A stretch of DNA of 64,000 bases from contig JBHGNT010000014.1 in assembly GCA_043228905.1 (NCBI GenBank), positions 17,794,001-17,858,000 of the forward strand. The letters are read 5' to 3'. Of this stretch, positions 48,501 to 58,843 are shown piece after piece; position 1 is the stretch's first letter, and every line of letters starts with the position of its first letter. This DNA is from Azolla caroliniana. Taxonomy: Eukaryota; Plantae; Polypodiophyta. The notes beneath the pieces are model-generated. The model was not told the DNA's origin and made no database searches. It saw only the letters and a program-made list of their open reading frames with translations. Position numbers and translations under genes: made by a program.

Positions 48501-49256
48501 AAATTCCTGTATGAAAATATATGATGTCGATTCGGTTGCCCAATAGAATTGGTAAGCGATCAAGGCACTCATTTTATTAACAAGTTAATTAACGAATTAA
48601 CCAATTACTATGCCGTAGTTCATAAGAAAAGTACGCCTTACTATCCCCAAGCTAATGGATTGGCAGAATCGACAAATAAAACAATTCAAACAATTTTAAA
48701 GAAGATAGTGAATGAAAATCGTACTGATTGGGATCAAAAGTTAAATAGTGCATTATGGGCATATCGTACTTCGTACAAAACATCCATTAAATCAACACCT
48801 TTCCGAATGGCATTCGGACTTGAAGCCGTTATGCCGATCGAATTTCAAATTCCAACACTTCGTATCCAAGCGACGAATAAGTTAAATGAAATAGAATCGG
48901 AGCAGATTCGCAAAGAGGCTTTATTAGTATTAGAAGAAGAACGGATTCAATCAATGTCAGCACTAGAACACAAGCAGAGACAAATCAAGGCATTCGTAAA
49001 TCGACATCGAAGGAAATCGGAAGAGCAATTCGAAATTGGGAAACCGGTATTGGTATTGCAGACGAGAATGGGACTTATGCCTGGGAAACTCCGGTATAGA
49101 TGGACAGGTCCAGTATGGATAATTAATAGTAAAAATGGTACGTATCAGCTGGGATCATTAACCAGAGAGGTTTTACCGAAATGGGTAAATGGATTCCGGC
49201 TTAAACCGTATTTGGGAGATATGCCGGTAAATCCGTTTATTCAAACGGAAGAGTAA
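45561..49256 (+). pseudogene. Element E Pol (protease, RT, RNase H, integrase), in frame with gag, with an in-frame stop at 48522-48524
   Basis: [31 protein letters not shown]...TEREA...[12 protein letters not shown]...CDLCQ, WGLDF...SDQGTHF...NGLAE. ENI*CRFG is probably TGG>TGA. Confidence 0.92.
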
Positions 49257-49525
49257 AAATAAAAAAAATAAAAAAAAAAACTAACTAACTCACTCAATAG
49301 TTCTTGTCAAATGCAGAAATACAATCTTGCCATAACAGTCTGAATCGACTATAAATAGAAAGAGGAATTGCATGATTATTAAAACGAGTGCAGATATCGA
49401 AACAGTCTGAGCCTTCGTGCCCTAGTTCGCCCAAACTCTGTTTTTCTGATTTTCATCGCTGCAGAAGCTGTGCAGATCTCCAACCGTCATCGACAAGTGA
49501 TTCAGAACAAGCAAACACAGAAGTC

Positions 49526-51994
49526 ATGCCGATTCCTGTGTCTGAAGAACTGCGATTGTGGCTTCATGAGAGAAACTTACAAGGTTTCATCAAAGTAGCA
49601 GAAGCGGAACCTCATCCGCAGGCGGAAGAATTGGTACAACAAATAGACATCACCAAAATCACCACAAAGAAAATACGAAATGCATTACAGATGCCAAGAG
49701 GAGGCTTTGAGGCAGTTAAAAAACCTTCATCAGAAGCACTCCAATCGTATTTCGGGGAATACTCACCCTCGGCAAAAGCATATCAGACTTATGGAGGTAG
49801 GGATGAGTTTTTCCATGAAGTGGCTAGATTTTTATTAGAGGTGGGATTTGTCAGCCCTCGTTTTTATTGTATGCCGAAAAAAAGGGCTGGGTTTATCATA
49901 GCCGCATACGAAAAAGAGGATTTCAACTGGCCACTATTGTCGGGGGAAGCTCTGAGAGAGCAGCTACAAGGGGTAAAAACAGGAAAACCGATGAAGCAAA
50001 TTTTTGGTCGTTGGATATCGGTATTGTTTCCGATTCAAGAATCGGAAACTCCTGTTCAGTCAAGAAGACCACCGATAGTACAAGCACCGCGAAGACACCG
50101 ACAGGTAGTACATGAAGAATGGATAGAGGAAGAATCGGCACATGCCGATAATATACAAACAAATATGCCTCAGTCGGAACCACCAAGACCAGAGAATTCC
50201 GAAAACAGGCAACCAACAGCCGAACAAGAAACAGTTGACAATTTGATAAACAAGCAACAGCCGACAGAAAATCGACAACAAGCAGAGAAGATGCGACAAA
50301 GGACAAGGATTAAACAAAAGGCTAATCGGCAATTCCAACCAGAAAACAGTGAGGGGTCAGCACCGAAAAGGCAACGCACAAAGGAAAATTCGAATACGCT
50401 TGTAGTAGCAGAAGTAATAAAACCAGGGAATGAGGGCGTTTCGACACAACCTCAACAAGGACAATCTTCAAAAGTAGCAATTCGGGAAGCACATGGGTAC
50501 TTGGATATTCCACCAGCAGCACATGAATTAGCTGCCATTTTACAGTTCGGAACTTCATACGAACTGGTTGAATGGTTGGCTAAAAGAATGACAGAAGTAT
50601 CAGAACGGCTGGCTCAAGAACATAATGACCGAATAATGATACAGAAAGCCTTACGAGGAGTGTTGGAACCTCAAGAAAAAGCAGAGATAGAGAAAATCGG
50701 CCGGAAAAGAAGTGCACAGAATAGAGGGGAGGCTATTGAAATGCCACCATTACATGAAGCACTGGTCGAAATTCATAAAGAATATGAAACGGCACGCAAA
50801 GCAGCCAGTGATATGGCTGAAAGATACAAAAGTGTATCAGCATCGGCGGAGGTGCTGAAACATCAGTTTTGTAACATACAGGCAGAAAATAAAGAACTAA
50901 AAGAAAGTCTGAACAAATGGGAAACACAGGCACGGCTTATGGTGTCGGAGTCAGAATGGCAGCAGAAATTGGAGGACGTTGAGAAAGCACGTCAAGCAGA
51001 AACAACAAGGGCCAACAATGTTGTATTTCGAACTACAAAATTAGAAAAACAAATAGAAACCATTCAGAATGGTCAATACAAAGTTCTCGAAGAAAAAAAT
51101 CAATTAATAAACGAATTACAGAAAAATCTAGAAGAAGCTAAGATGGCCAATCATACATATACCGAACAAATTGAAGAATTCGAAAGGTATATAGTGTCAC
51201 AGGAAAGTCAATTGACAGAAAAAGAGTGGAGTCTTGAAGAAGTCAACAGAAGAATTACGGAACAGCAGGAGGAATGGAGCAAAGAGAAATCGGCATTCGA
51301 ACAACAACAGGACGAAATTCGGAAGATATCGGAACAAAGACGGCTGGATATATATGTAGTCGAATCCAAACTAATGCGAGCTGAAAGTGAGAACCGAACC
51401 ACTATTACGGATTTACGGAAAGAGTTGCAAACCGCCCAATACGTCGCAAGCATCACTAGGGACAAAGTGCAGCACATCATAGGGAAACATCGAAACCTAG
51501 CAAAGAAAATGATCGATGAATCCCTTGCGCAAGGATGGAAGTTATGGACGGCACAAGCGGCGGAATTACAGTTATTGCGTGCCGACAAAAATAACCGTCA
51601 GGTCCAAGGTGCAGGTTTTTTTAAAATGGCACAAAAGGATATTGACAATATCCAAGAAGATATCATGAAAGATATGGACGAAATTGCGGCATTTTACAGA
51701 GAAGAAATTCAACGTATTATGCAAGAATTCGACAAAAATGATATAGGCACTTCCGTCCAGTTGGATAAAATCGAAGCCGAAAGAACCAGCAAGACTCCTG
51801 GTCTTCAAGCTCCCGGAAGAAGTGAACCAGAGCAGCCAACCGAATCACAACATTCAAAACCTGCTCCGAATGACGACTGTGACACAGATGAAGATGAAGA
51901 TGAAGAGGAAGATATAGGTGGAATACATCCAAGGCCAGAAGAGCCTTCGATTTTTGATATTCTGAACGATTCGGATGAAGAGCTACAGGAATAG
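49526..51994 (+). CDS. Extra ORF (ORF3) of element E, ~822 aa: N-terminal domain, disordered linker, long coiled coil, acidic tail
   Basis: Uninterrupted 2.5-kb frame between pol and the 3' LTR, first ATG at 49526. The N-terminus is homologous to 60566-60745. No obvious transmembrane segment. Confidence 0.88.
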   Translation: MPIPVSEELRLWLHERNLQGFIKVAEAEPHPQAEELVQQIDITKITTKKIRNALQMPRGGFEAVKKPSSEALQSYFGEYSPSAKAYQTYGGRDEFFHEVARFLLEVGFVSPRFYCMPKKRAGFIIAAYEKEDFNWPLLSGEALREQLQGVKTGKPMKQIFGRWISVLFPIQESETPVQSRRPPIVQAPRRHRQVVHEEWIEEESAHADNIQTNMPQSEPPRPENSENRQPTAEQETVDNLINKQQPTENRQQAEKMRQRTRIKQKANRQFQPENSEGSAPKRQRTKENSNTLVVAEVIKPGNEGVSTQPQQGQSSKVAIREAHGYLDIPPAAHELAAILQFGTSYELVEWLAKRMTEVSERLAQEHNDRIMIQKALRGVLEPQEKAEIEKIGRKRSAQNRGEAIEMPPLHEALVEIHKEYETARKAASDMAERYKSVSASAEVLKHQFCNIQAENKELKESLNKWETQARLMVSESEWQQKLEDVEKARQAETTRANNVVFRTTKLEKQIETIQNGQYKVLEEKNQLINELQKNLEEAKMANHTYTEQIEEFERYIVSQESQLTEKEWSLEEVNRRITEQQEEWSKEKSAFEQQQDEIRKISEQRRLDIYVVESKLMRAESENRTTITDLRKELQTAQYVASITRDKVQHIIGKHRNLAKKMIDESLAQGWKLWTAQAAELQLLRADKNNRQVQGAGFFKMAQKDIDNIQEDIMKDMDEIAAFYREEIQRIMQEFDKNDIGTSVQLDKIEAERTSKTPGLQAPGRSEPEQPTESQHSKPAPNDDCDTDEDEDEEEDIGGIHPRPEEPSIFDILNDSDEELQE

Positions 51995-51995
51995 G

Positions 51996-52036
51996 CGTGG
52001 GTTCGCTGGACAAGGTCCTGGCCCACGGACGTGCCA
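51996..52036 (+). other. Hairpin plus tRNA-Arg 3'-end-like sequence occupying the PPT position
   Basis: CGTGGGTTCGCTGGACAAGGTCCTGGCCCACGGACGTGCCA, then AG and the LTR start TGTT. The minus strand reads TGGCACGTCCGTGGG. Confidence 0.75.
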
Positions 52037-52501
52037 AGTGTTACCCGGACCCGGACAGTCAGTTTTTACCGAACAAGTGGGAAAGCGTCGAAAACGGAGT
52101 CGGTTCGGATCGACTGTTCGGATCAATGACTCAGCAGTAAACGAAGAGAACTAAGTTAGTTAGATAATTTTGTAATTCTTGATAGTAAGTAGGAATAGTT
52201 CTTGATGAGAAAAGACCTTCGGTATACTTATAAAAGGGAACCGAAGGCATTGTAAGAAAGGTCGTTTTATTTAGTAATATAAGTTTAAGTTAGGAATATC
52301 CTGTACGGATTCTGTGTTCTTCCTATTGTCTATGTTGTTAAGAGCAAGCTTCCTAATTTATAACTAAGTAACGATCACGGTAATTACCGATTAATATAGT
52401 ATAATTCCGTTCGTAAAACACAATTCCTTGTTAGAACGTTGAGTAGCGACGTTCACTCTTCTGTATCGGTAGTAGTTAGTAATTAGCCGATTAACAGACT
52501 C

Positions 52502-53345
52502 CCCGATGATGTCATCTCCGATCGCGGACCCTAGTTTGTCTCTCACTTCTGGCAGCACCTGCTACAAACTTTAGGCATCTCTGTCAAGTTGTCATCTACT
52601 TATCACCCCCAAACTGACGAGCAAACGAAGCGTGTCAACCAAATCCTTGAGCAGTATCTTCGGTGCTCTGTTAGTTACCAACAAGATGATTGGGTCAACT
52701 TACTTTCACTCGCGGAATTCGCCTACAATAATTCTCTCCATGCATCGATTGACGTCACTCCCTTCTTTGCCAACTATGGTTTACATCCTCGCTTCAACAT
52801 TTCCCTTCCTACCACTTCCGTGAACCCTTCAGCAGAGGATTGTGCTCGCATTTTGGAAGAACTACATCATGATTTATCCTTGGAGCTTAGTATTGCTAGT
52901 GAACGATACAAGCAACAGGTTGATCGCCATCGATCTGCCACTCCACACTTTTTCGTTGGAGACATGGTTTGGTTGTTACGTCGACACACCTCTACTACTC
53001 GTCCATGTGCGAAACTTGATTACAAGAAGTTGGGACCATTCCGTATCGTCGAGTGCATCAATCCCGTCGCCTTCCGGCTCGCCCTTCCATCCCACTTCTG
53101 GACTCATGATGTTTTTCATGTCTCCCTCCTCGAACCCCATTATGCTTCACAACTCCCAGGACGTCAGGCCCCTCCACCACCACCTGTGCAATTGACGACA
53201 AGGGAGGAATACGAGGTCGACCAAATCCTTGACTCGCGTTGGCATGTCTGAGGCCACGTGGGAACCATCAGAAAATTTACAAAATGCCCCAAAGGTCGTC
53301 CAAGATTTTCATCACCGATATCCCCACAAACCAGCGGCCGATTTG
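52502..53345 (+). pseudogene. Chromovirus I integrase C-terminal part and chromodomain remnant
   Basis: ISDRGP, STYHPQTD, AEFAYNNS, KLGPFRI, HDVFHVSLL, EEYEVDQILDSR. Confidence 0.9.
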
Positions 53346-53709
53346 GGAAGGCGGCGTCGGAGGGGGGATAATGTCAAGATTCGAACTCTTGACATGACCA
53401 TGTTATAATATAGTATCATGGGTTAACCAAAATATCTAGTACACAATTATGTATGTAATTGGTCCTTATTGTTTTGCTAGCATCATGTGCATAGTTGCTC
53501 CCTTGTAGTATTTACACTTGGCACATGCATGCTCTTTTGTAGATTCACATGCGTGCAACAAGTATGCATGCCATGTAGTATAAATAGAGGAGTTCACCTT
53601 GAAGGAATTCAAGGTGAACAACACCAGTTATGGAGTCTTTCCGTTAATACTACTAATCCATTTGTCTATCTTCTTTCTTGTCTCTTGAGCTTATGATCTA
53701 TCCGTGACA

Positions 53710-54164
53710 CAATCGCCTCCTGGATGGCGATCAATTGGGCCAGCGAAATGAGCCGAGAGGAGTTGTTGGCAGCACGCATCCGACAACTTGAGCGAAGGTC
53801 GAAAGATGTGGAACAGGCAACCACGAGGGTGAAGGAAGAGAGAAACCGAAACAAGGCCAGGTTCGACCGAACGCACCAACTCCAACCAAAGAAGATCGAA
53901 GAAGGCGGCTGGGTGCTAGTCTACGACAACAGTCTCGACAACCAGCATCGGTCTATGCGTAAGTTCGTAAAACAGTGGTTTGGGCCGTACGTGGTAATCA
54001 ATGCTAACAACAACGCGACGTATCATCTCGTGGAGCTCGACGGGACTCGAATAACGACACCGGTGGCGGGGAAGCGGATAAAGGCCTTCAAGAGGCGGAA
54101 CGAGGAGGAATCGAACCTAGTGGTGGGGATCAAAAGCGGCGATTTAGACCAAGAGGACGAGTAA
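53710..54164 (+). pseudogene. Gypsy G integrase C-terminus
   Basis: EMSREELLAARIRQLERR...WFGPYVV...GKRIKAFK. Confidence 0.9.
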
Positions 54165-55182
54165 TGGCTAACCTCGGAATCCCTCACTAAATTCGCTACC
54201 CGGCACATACCGGAGGATGTGTGGTTTAGTGGGGGTGGATGTCGTGAAGATTCCGGGCCACAAGAGGAAACGTCGTCGAAAACACGGGAACACGGGTGTA
54301 CACGAGTACACTACCCTTTTGGATTAACTTATGTGGGAGAGTAACGAGGAGAGAAAATCAAGGAGAGAATCTAGGGATGGATAGCAACGGGTCATTAAAG
54401 CCGATGTAATGGTCACTCCTTGTGCTATAAAATGGGTGGCCTCAGACAGTTTAAGGGGGAACGATCGGGAGGAGAAGACGATGTTGTCGAACCAGAGACA
54501 GGGGCTCTCTCTCTCTTTCGCTTGCTCTCGCCTGAAGCTCTACGATCGAATCTTGGAAGGTGGACCCTCTGCTCACGTCAGACGCCTGCATGCTCCCGAC
54601 CAAAGGTCCACCTTATTGTGTGAGTTGGTTCTAGAGCTTGAAGCTCGGTTATCGGACCATACCGGTTGTTTTCCTTGCGCTTCATGCGCACGTTGTACCT
54701 AATAGCATTAATCTACTACATCGTTTTACATTTCTATTGTACTCGAGACTATATCATCGGCTCTGATCCGGTTGTAATCACTTAGTGCGCTACGCGCCCA
54801 TTCGCTTTAATATAACTTACCTCGTTAATCTGAGTTGCTTGCTGTGTCTCTGTCTTGTCGCGTCGTGTCGGGTTGGAAACACACGATTCTCTCTCCGCTA
54901 CTCTTCTTTGTCTACCCACGGTCTCTGTGTTCACACGAAGTGCAGACTCCTTCCCCTCACTTCCTGATTCCTTGGTCCAAGTCCCCCGTGGTCTTGCCCC
55001 ATTTCTACGCATCCGCGCTGAATACCGCGACAGCGTGTTGAGAGATCCAAGTCAACTTAGTTTAGTTATTTAGTCAACGATGTAACTTTGTAGTTACCTA
55101 GATAGAATCTAGTTAGGATTGTTGACTATAACACCTTAAATTGAACCTTGTACTTAAGTGGGATATTCTAGATCCTCCACTC

Positions 55183-55521
55183 TATTGTCCGTATAGGTGT
55201 ACGAGATGGATAAGGTGTAATGTGTATGGTGTGTAAAGGCTAAGGTGTGTAATATGTCATATGTATACGAGTGTGTGAGGATGAGTATGTGTGAGCACAT
55301 GCACAATTATGTGCATGTGACAAGAATGTAACGGTCGTCTTTTTGTAACGGCCGTTATTTACCATTACATTATGTACTATAAAAACCCCTTATGGGGCAC
55401 ATAATGGATATACATTTTTCCCCTCTCACATTTGTGTCATTTTCTATTTGTCTTTCTCTCTAGCTCTCTATCTAACTTAACCCCCTTAGGAGAGGGGGTG
55501 AAGCCTAGAACCCCAACAACA
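55183..55521 (+). mobile_element. Solo LTR (339 bp) inside the Copia D 3' LTR
   Basis: TATTG (from TGTTG)...CAACA with TSD CACTC. It is absent from the D 5' LTR and has TATAAAA at ~55378. Confidence 0.85.
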
Positions 55522-55830
55522 CACTCCTAAGTACATTTAATATAGGACTTACACCTTAGTACCTATATTCTACTCACAGATGTGCACCTTTGCACACGAG
55601 ATGTATGTATACCTCATTGTGGGTATTTTTGTATTTGATGATGATAATGCTAATTTAATATAGAGTTAATCATCCCCCATCTTGTGTTGTTCATAAGTGT
55701 TAACTTCCTCTCTCTCTCTCTCTTCCTCTCTCACAAACACACACATATCACTTAATCTTCCGCTTATCAACTAATCACATAATTAGGTACTTATTAACCC
55801 ATACTTAATTACCTAATTCTTAACAATTAT

Positions 55831-56375
55831 GATACATGAGCGGCACAATGGATTGTGGCATCCTCTACAAGATGGCAATGCCAATTTGACTCAAAGGGTA
55901 CATAGATTCTGACTGGGCCGACTATAGAGTCAATCGATGATCGACCTCTGTATTTGTTTTCTCCCTCGGCAGGGAGCAATATCCTAGAGTAGCAAGAAGC
56001 AACCGATTGTTGCATGTTGGAGCACAGAGGCCGAATACAAGGGTGCGACTATGGCTACATGTGAAGCCGTATGGCTCAAGAGGATTTTGAAGGATCTGGG
56101 TGTTCCTATCAAGGATTCAACTCCCCTTTACTGCGACAACACGAGCAATATTTATCTAGCTCGGAACCTGGTGTTCCACGCAGGCACGAAGCATATCGAG
56201 GTGTGTTATCCCTTGATCTGAGAGTGCGTTCAGGCTGAAGATGTCGACCTTCAACATATCAACACGAATCTTCAGACAACTGTCATCTTCACCAAAGCCC
56301 TAGGAGTATAAAGTGTCTGCAATTCATGTTAGACCTTGGATTGACGATCCTTGATTTCCCAAGCTTGAGGGGGAG
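55831..56375 (+). pseudogene. Copia C RT end and RNase H
   Basis: GYIDSDWA, SSKKQPIVA.STEAEY, LYCDN, VFHAGTKHIE, IFTKAL. Confidence 0.88.
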
Positions 56376-56467
56376 TACAAGAGAGAACCGGATACCGTCC
56401 AAACCGGGTAATGGCCAAAGCGGACATCAACCGAAAGGAGCCAACCCAAGTTGAGCTTGAGGAAGCG

Positions 56468-56864
56468 TGTTGAGAATCAAGCTCAACCTAGACTAGTGTG
56501 TGAACACACCTTTGAGAATCTATGAGCACTCAAAGGTCAAAAGTCACACCACTACTCTCTACACATTAACTATGTGTCATAGAATCATATTCTATGACAC
56601 ATAACTAATGAGTTTCCACATTCCCCATGACCCATGAGCTTCGGTAGTTAATGAATAGAGAGGGCGACTATATAAAGCACCCTCCTCCTACTTTGTAATC
56701 CGTCAGTTAAATCTCGTTTGTAATATACAATTTTCTTGAGTATTCTATTTTCCATTATCCTATCCTATCTTGTGTCTCTCTCCTCTCCTCTTCTCAAACA
56801 CACATACACACACAACACATCTCTAACCTATTCCGCTGCACAAAATCACCATCGATTCATTACA
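56468..56864 (+). repeat. Copia C 3' LTR
   Basis: Repeat of 7191-7587, followed by TSD TCTAT. Confidence 0.93.
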
Positions 56865-57767
56865 TCTATCAACGGATGTTAAGCCCATATAACAATGCCA
56901 CTACTGGATGAATCTGAATTACGCGCTTTGCATAAAGGAAGAAATCGATAAATTATTGAAAATCAAATTCATTCGTCCTATCAAGAAGGCGACTTGACTG
57001 ATTCCAATTGTCGTAGTACCAAAGAAGAAGGGAAAAATTCGGGTGTGTGTTGATTACAAAAAATTAAATGCCGTAACTGTCACCGACACATTTCCTCTAC
57101 CATTCACGGATGGGATGCTGAATGTTGTAGCCAGCCATGAGATGTAAAACTTCTTAGATGGGTTCAACGGCTATAACCAAATTCGAATGCACCCTAACGA
57201 TCAGGGGAAGATGACGGTCTTCACGGACAGGGGTGTGTTCATCGTCGTCGTAATGATGTTCGGTCTGAAAATTGTGCCGACTACATTTCAAAGAATAATC
57301 ACAGAGATATTCGGCGAGTACATACTAACCTTTATGCAGGTATTCCTTGATTTGCGGGTTATGGCACAGGGAGCAAAAATCTGCGGCACCTGCGATTATG
57401 TTTAGAGAGATGTAGATCGGCGAGGCTCAGCCTCAACTCGGTCAAGTGTGCATTCGGCGTGACAAGTGGCGCACTCTTAGGCCATATAGTGAGCAGCGAA
57501 GGCATCGCGATGGAACCAAGGAAAATTATGGCAATAATCGATGCGCGGACCCCGAAAAACGCAAAGGCACTGAGTCGATTCTTAGGTCAGATCTGATGGC
57601 ACAACGGAATGCTACGTCACCTCGCCGACTTCGCAACGCCTTTACACGCGACGGTACATCACATGCCGTTCAAATGGAATGAAGTTAAGGAGAAGGCATA
57701 CTAGGCATTGAAAGCCATGTTGTCGCAAGCACTTGTCGTCCAACTCTCGGATTGGCACATTCCACGT

Positions 57768-58595
57768 TGTCGTGAGGATTTTCGGCTATGGTGAGAAAAC
57801 TGAGTGGGACGAATAAAACAGAGATGTGCAACATTGCATATGCACTTAATAAATTTGTAAATAGGAATAAGAAAAACAATGTATAAGGAAAGGGTAAAAT
57901 ATAAGGTGCTAAAAGTGCACTACGAAGTTCGTGAAGTACAAAGGTAATGTGCACTTAGATGCATATGCACATGTAGACTAAGGGGAGTGCATGGAAGTAA
58001 GGGTGTAATAAGTAGAGGGCATGATGGTGTGTGTGAAAATGAGAGGAAGGGAGTTAAGGCCCCATCAATCTCTCCTCCTAAGATCAGGGCAAATATTCCC
58101 CTTTGAAAATAGTGGAATATTTGACCTCTCCTTTTGTAATGAGCCTCACCCCTTTCTACTATAAAAGGGGGTAAGGGGTCACCATTGAGGGGATCACCAT
58201 TTTGTCGTTAGAGGTAGACCGTTAGTGTTTTCTTCTTCATCTTATCCCTATTTCGTTTTAGGGTTTCGGTTTTAAGTTCCCCTTTAATATCATTTTCATT
58301 TCTCTCAATTAGGGTTTAGTTCTTCTTCCTATCTAGTTAGGTTTTCTAATTGTGCTTGAATTCGGCCTATATGGCCTCGGTTGTAATCATATTGTGGCTT
58401 TGTGCCTCGTAATGGAATTTGTTTGATGAACCTTGTCTCGATCTAGCTCTTTATCTTTCTAATCTTTGCACATTGTTCATCCCCTTTTGTGCTCGGATGC
58501 TTGGTTAAGCTCCCATTTCCCCCCTTCTTTTACTCCCTAGTCCAAGACCCTCGTAGTCCCGCCCAAGCCGACACCACGCGTAGATTTCCGGGACA
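57768..58595 (+). mobile_element. Solo LTR of the Gypsy B/G superfamily in E0 RNase H
   Basis: TGTCGTGAGG...GGGACA with TSD ACGT/TCGT. Removal restores FHVFV. Similar to solo LTR 16994-17714. Confidence 0.85.
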
Positions 58596-58843
58596 TCGTG
58601 TTCGTCAACGCATGCGACATCGCAATTGGCAGTGCGTTAATGCAGCTCACTGAGCTGAACTGGTATCATTCGGTTTACTATACAAGTCAAAAGCTCTCAG
58701 TAGTCAAGTGCAATTATTCGACGATAGAACGCGAGGCATTAGGTATGATTTACAACATAAATAAGTTTTGACACTACCTACTTGGCCGAAAGTTCGCATC
58801 TCACATGAACTATGCCGTCGTACGCTACTTGGTATCAAAGCAA

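Larger units (their letters stand above)
43247..52496 (+). mobile_element. Gypsy element E (Athila/OTA-like non-chromovirus) with an extra 3' ORF and no PPT
   Basis: 458-bp LTRs at 43247-43704 and 52039-52496 with about 6 substitutions, TSD GACTC, PBS TGGCACGCCCGGT. Confidence 0.96.
39156..53709 (+). mobile_element. Chromovirus element I (Tcn1/Tf1-like, self-priming), degenerate
   Basis: LTRs at 39156-39505 and 53372-53709 (12-bp indel), TSD CAATC, PPT GGAGGGGGGA, no tRNA PBS, chromodomain remnant EEYEVDQILDSR. Confidence 0.92.
22178..55032 (+). mobile_element. Gypsy element G (tRNA-Trp primed, B superfamily), degenerate
   Basis: LTRs at 22178-22971 and 54240-55032, PBS TGGTGAACCCGACGTGAA at 22976-22993, PPT GTGGGGGTGGA, 4-bp TSD ACGT/GCGT. 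Confidence 0.92.
18251..55825 (+). mobile_element. Copia element D (C-related), with RT and RNase H deleted
   Basis: LTRs at 18251-18675 and 55036-55825 (the latter with an insertion), TSD ATTAT, PBS TGGTATCAGAGC at 18676. Confidence 0.9.
7191..56864 (+). mobile_element. Copia element C, degenerate; hosts most other insertions
   Basis: 397-bp LTRs at 7191-7587 and 56468-56864 (TGTTGAGAATC...TACA), 5-bp TSD TCTAT, PBS TGGTATCAG (tRNA-iMet) at 7588. Confidence 0.93.

Noticed and set aside
49388-51994. ORF3 as an envelope protein or a captured host myosin/SMC gene
   Set aside because: There is no signal peptide, transmembrane segment or ATPase motif, and its homolog occupies the same slot in a related element.
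51996-52036. A true tRNA gene
   Set aside because: Only T-stem-like and acceptor 3' parts are present. There is no D arm, anticodon arm or 5' acceptor strand, and the upstream sequence is ORF3 coding.
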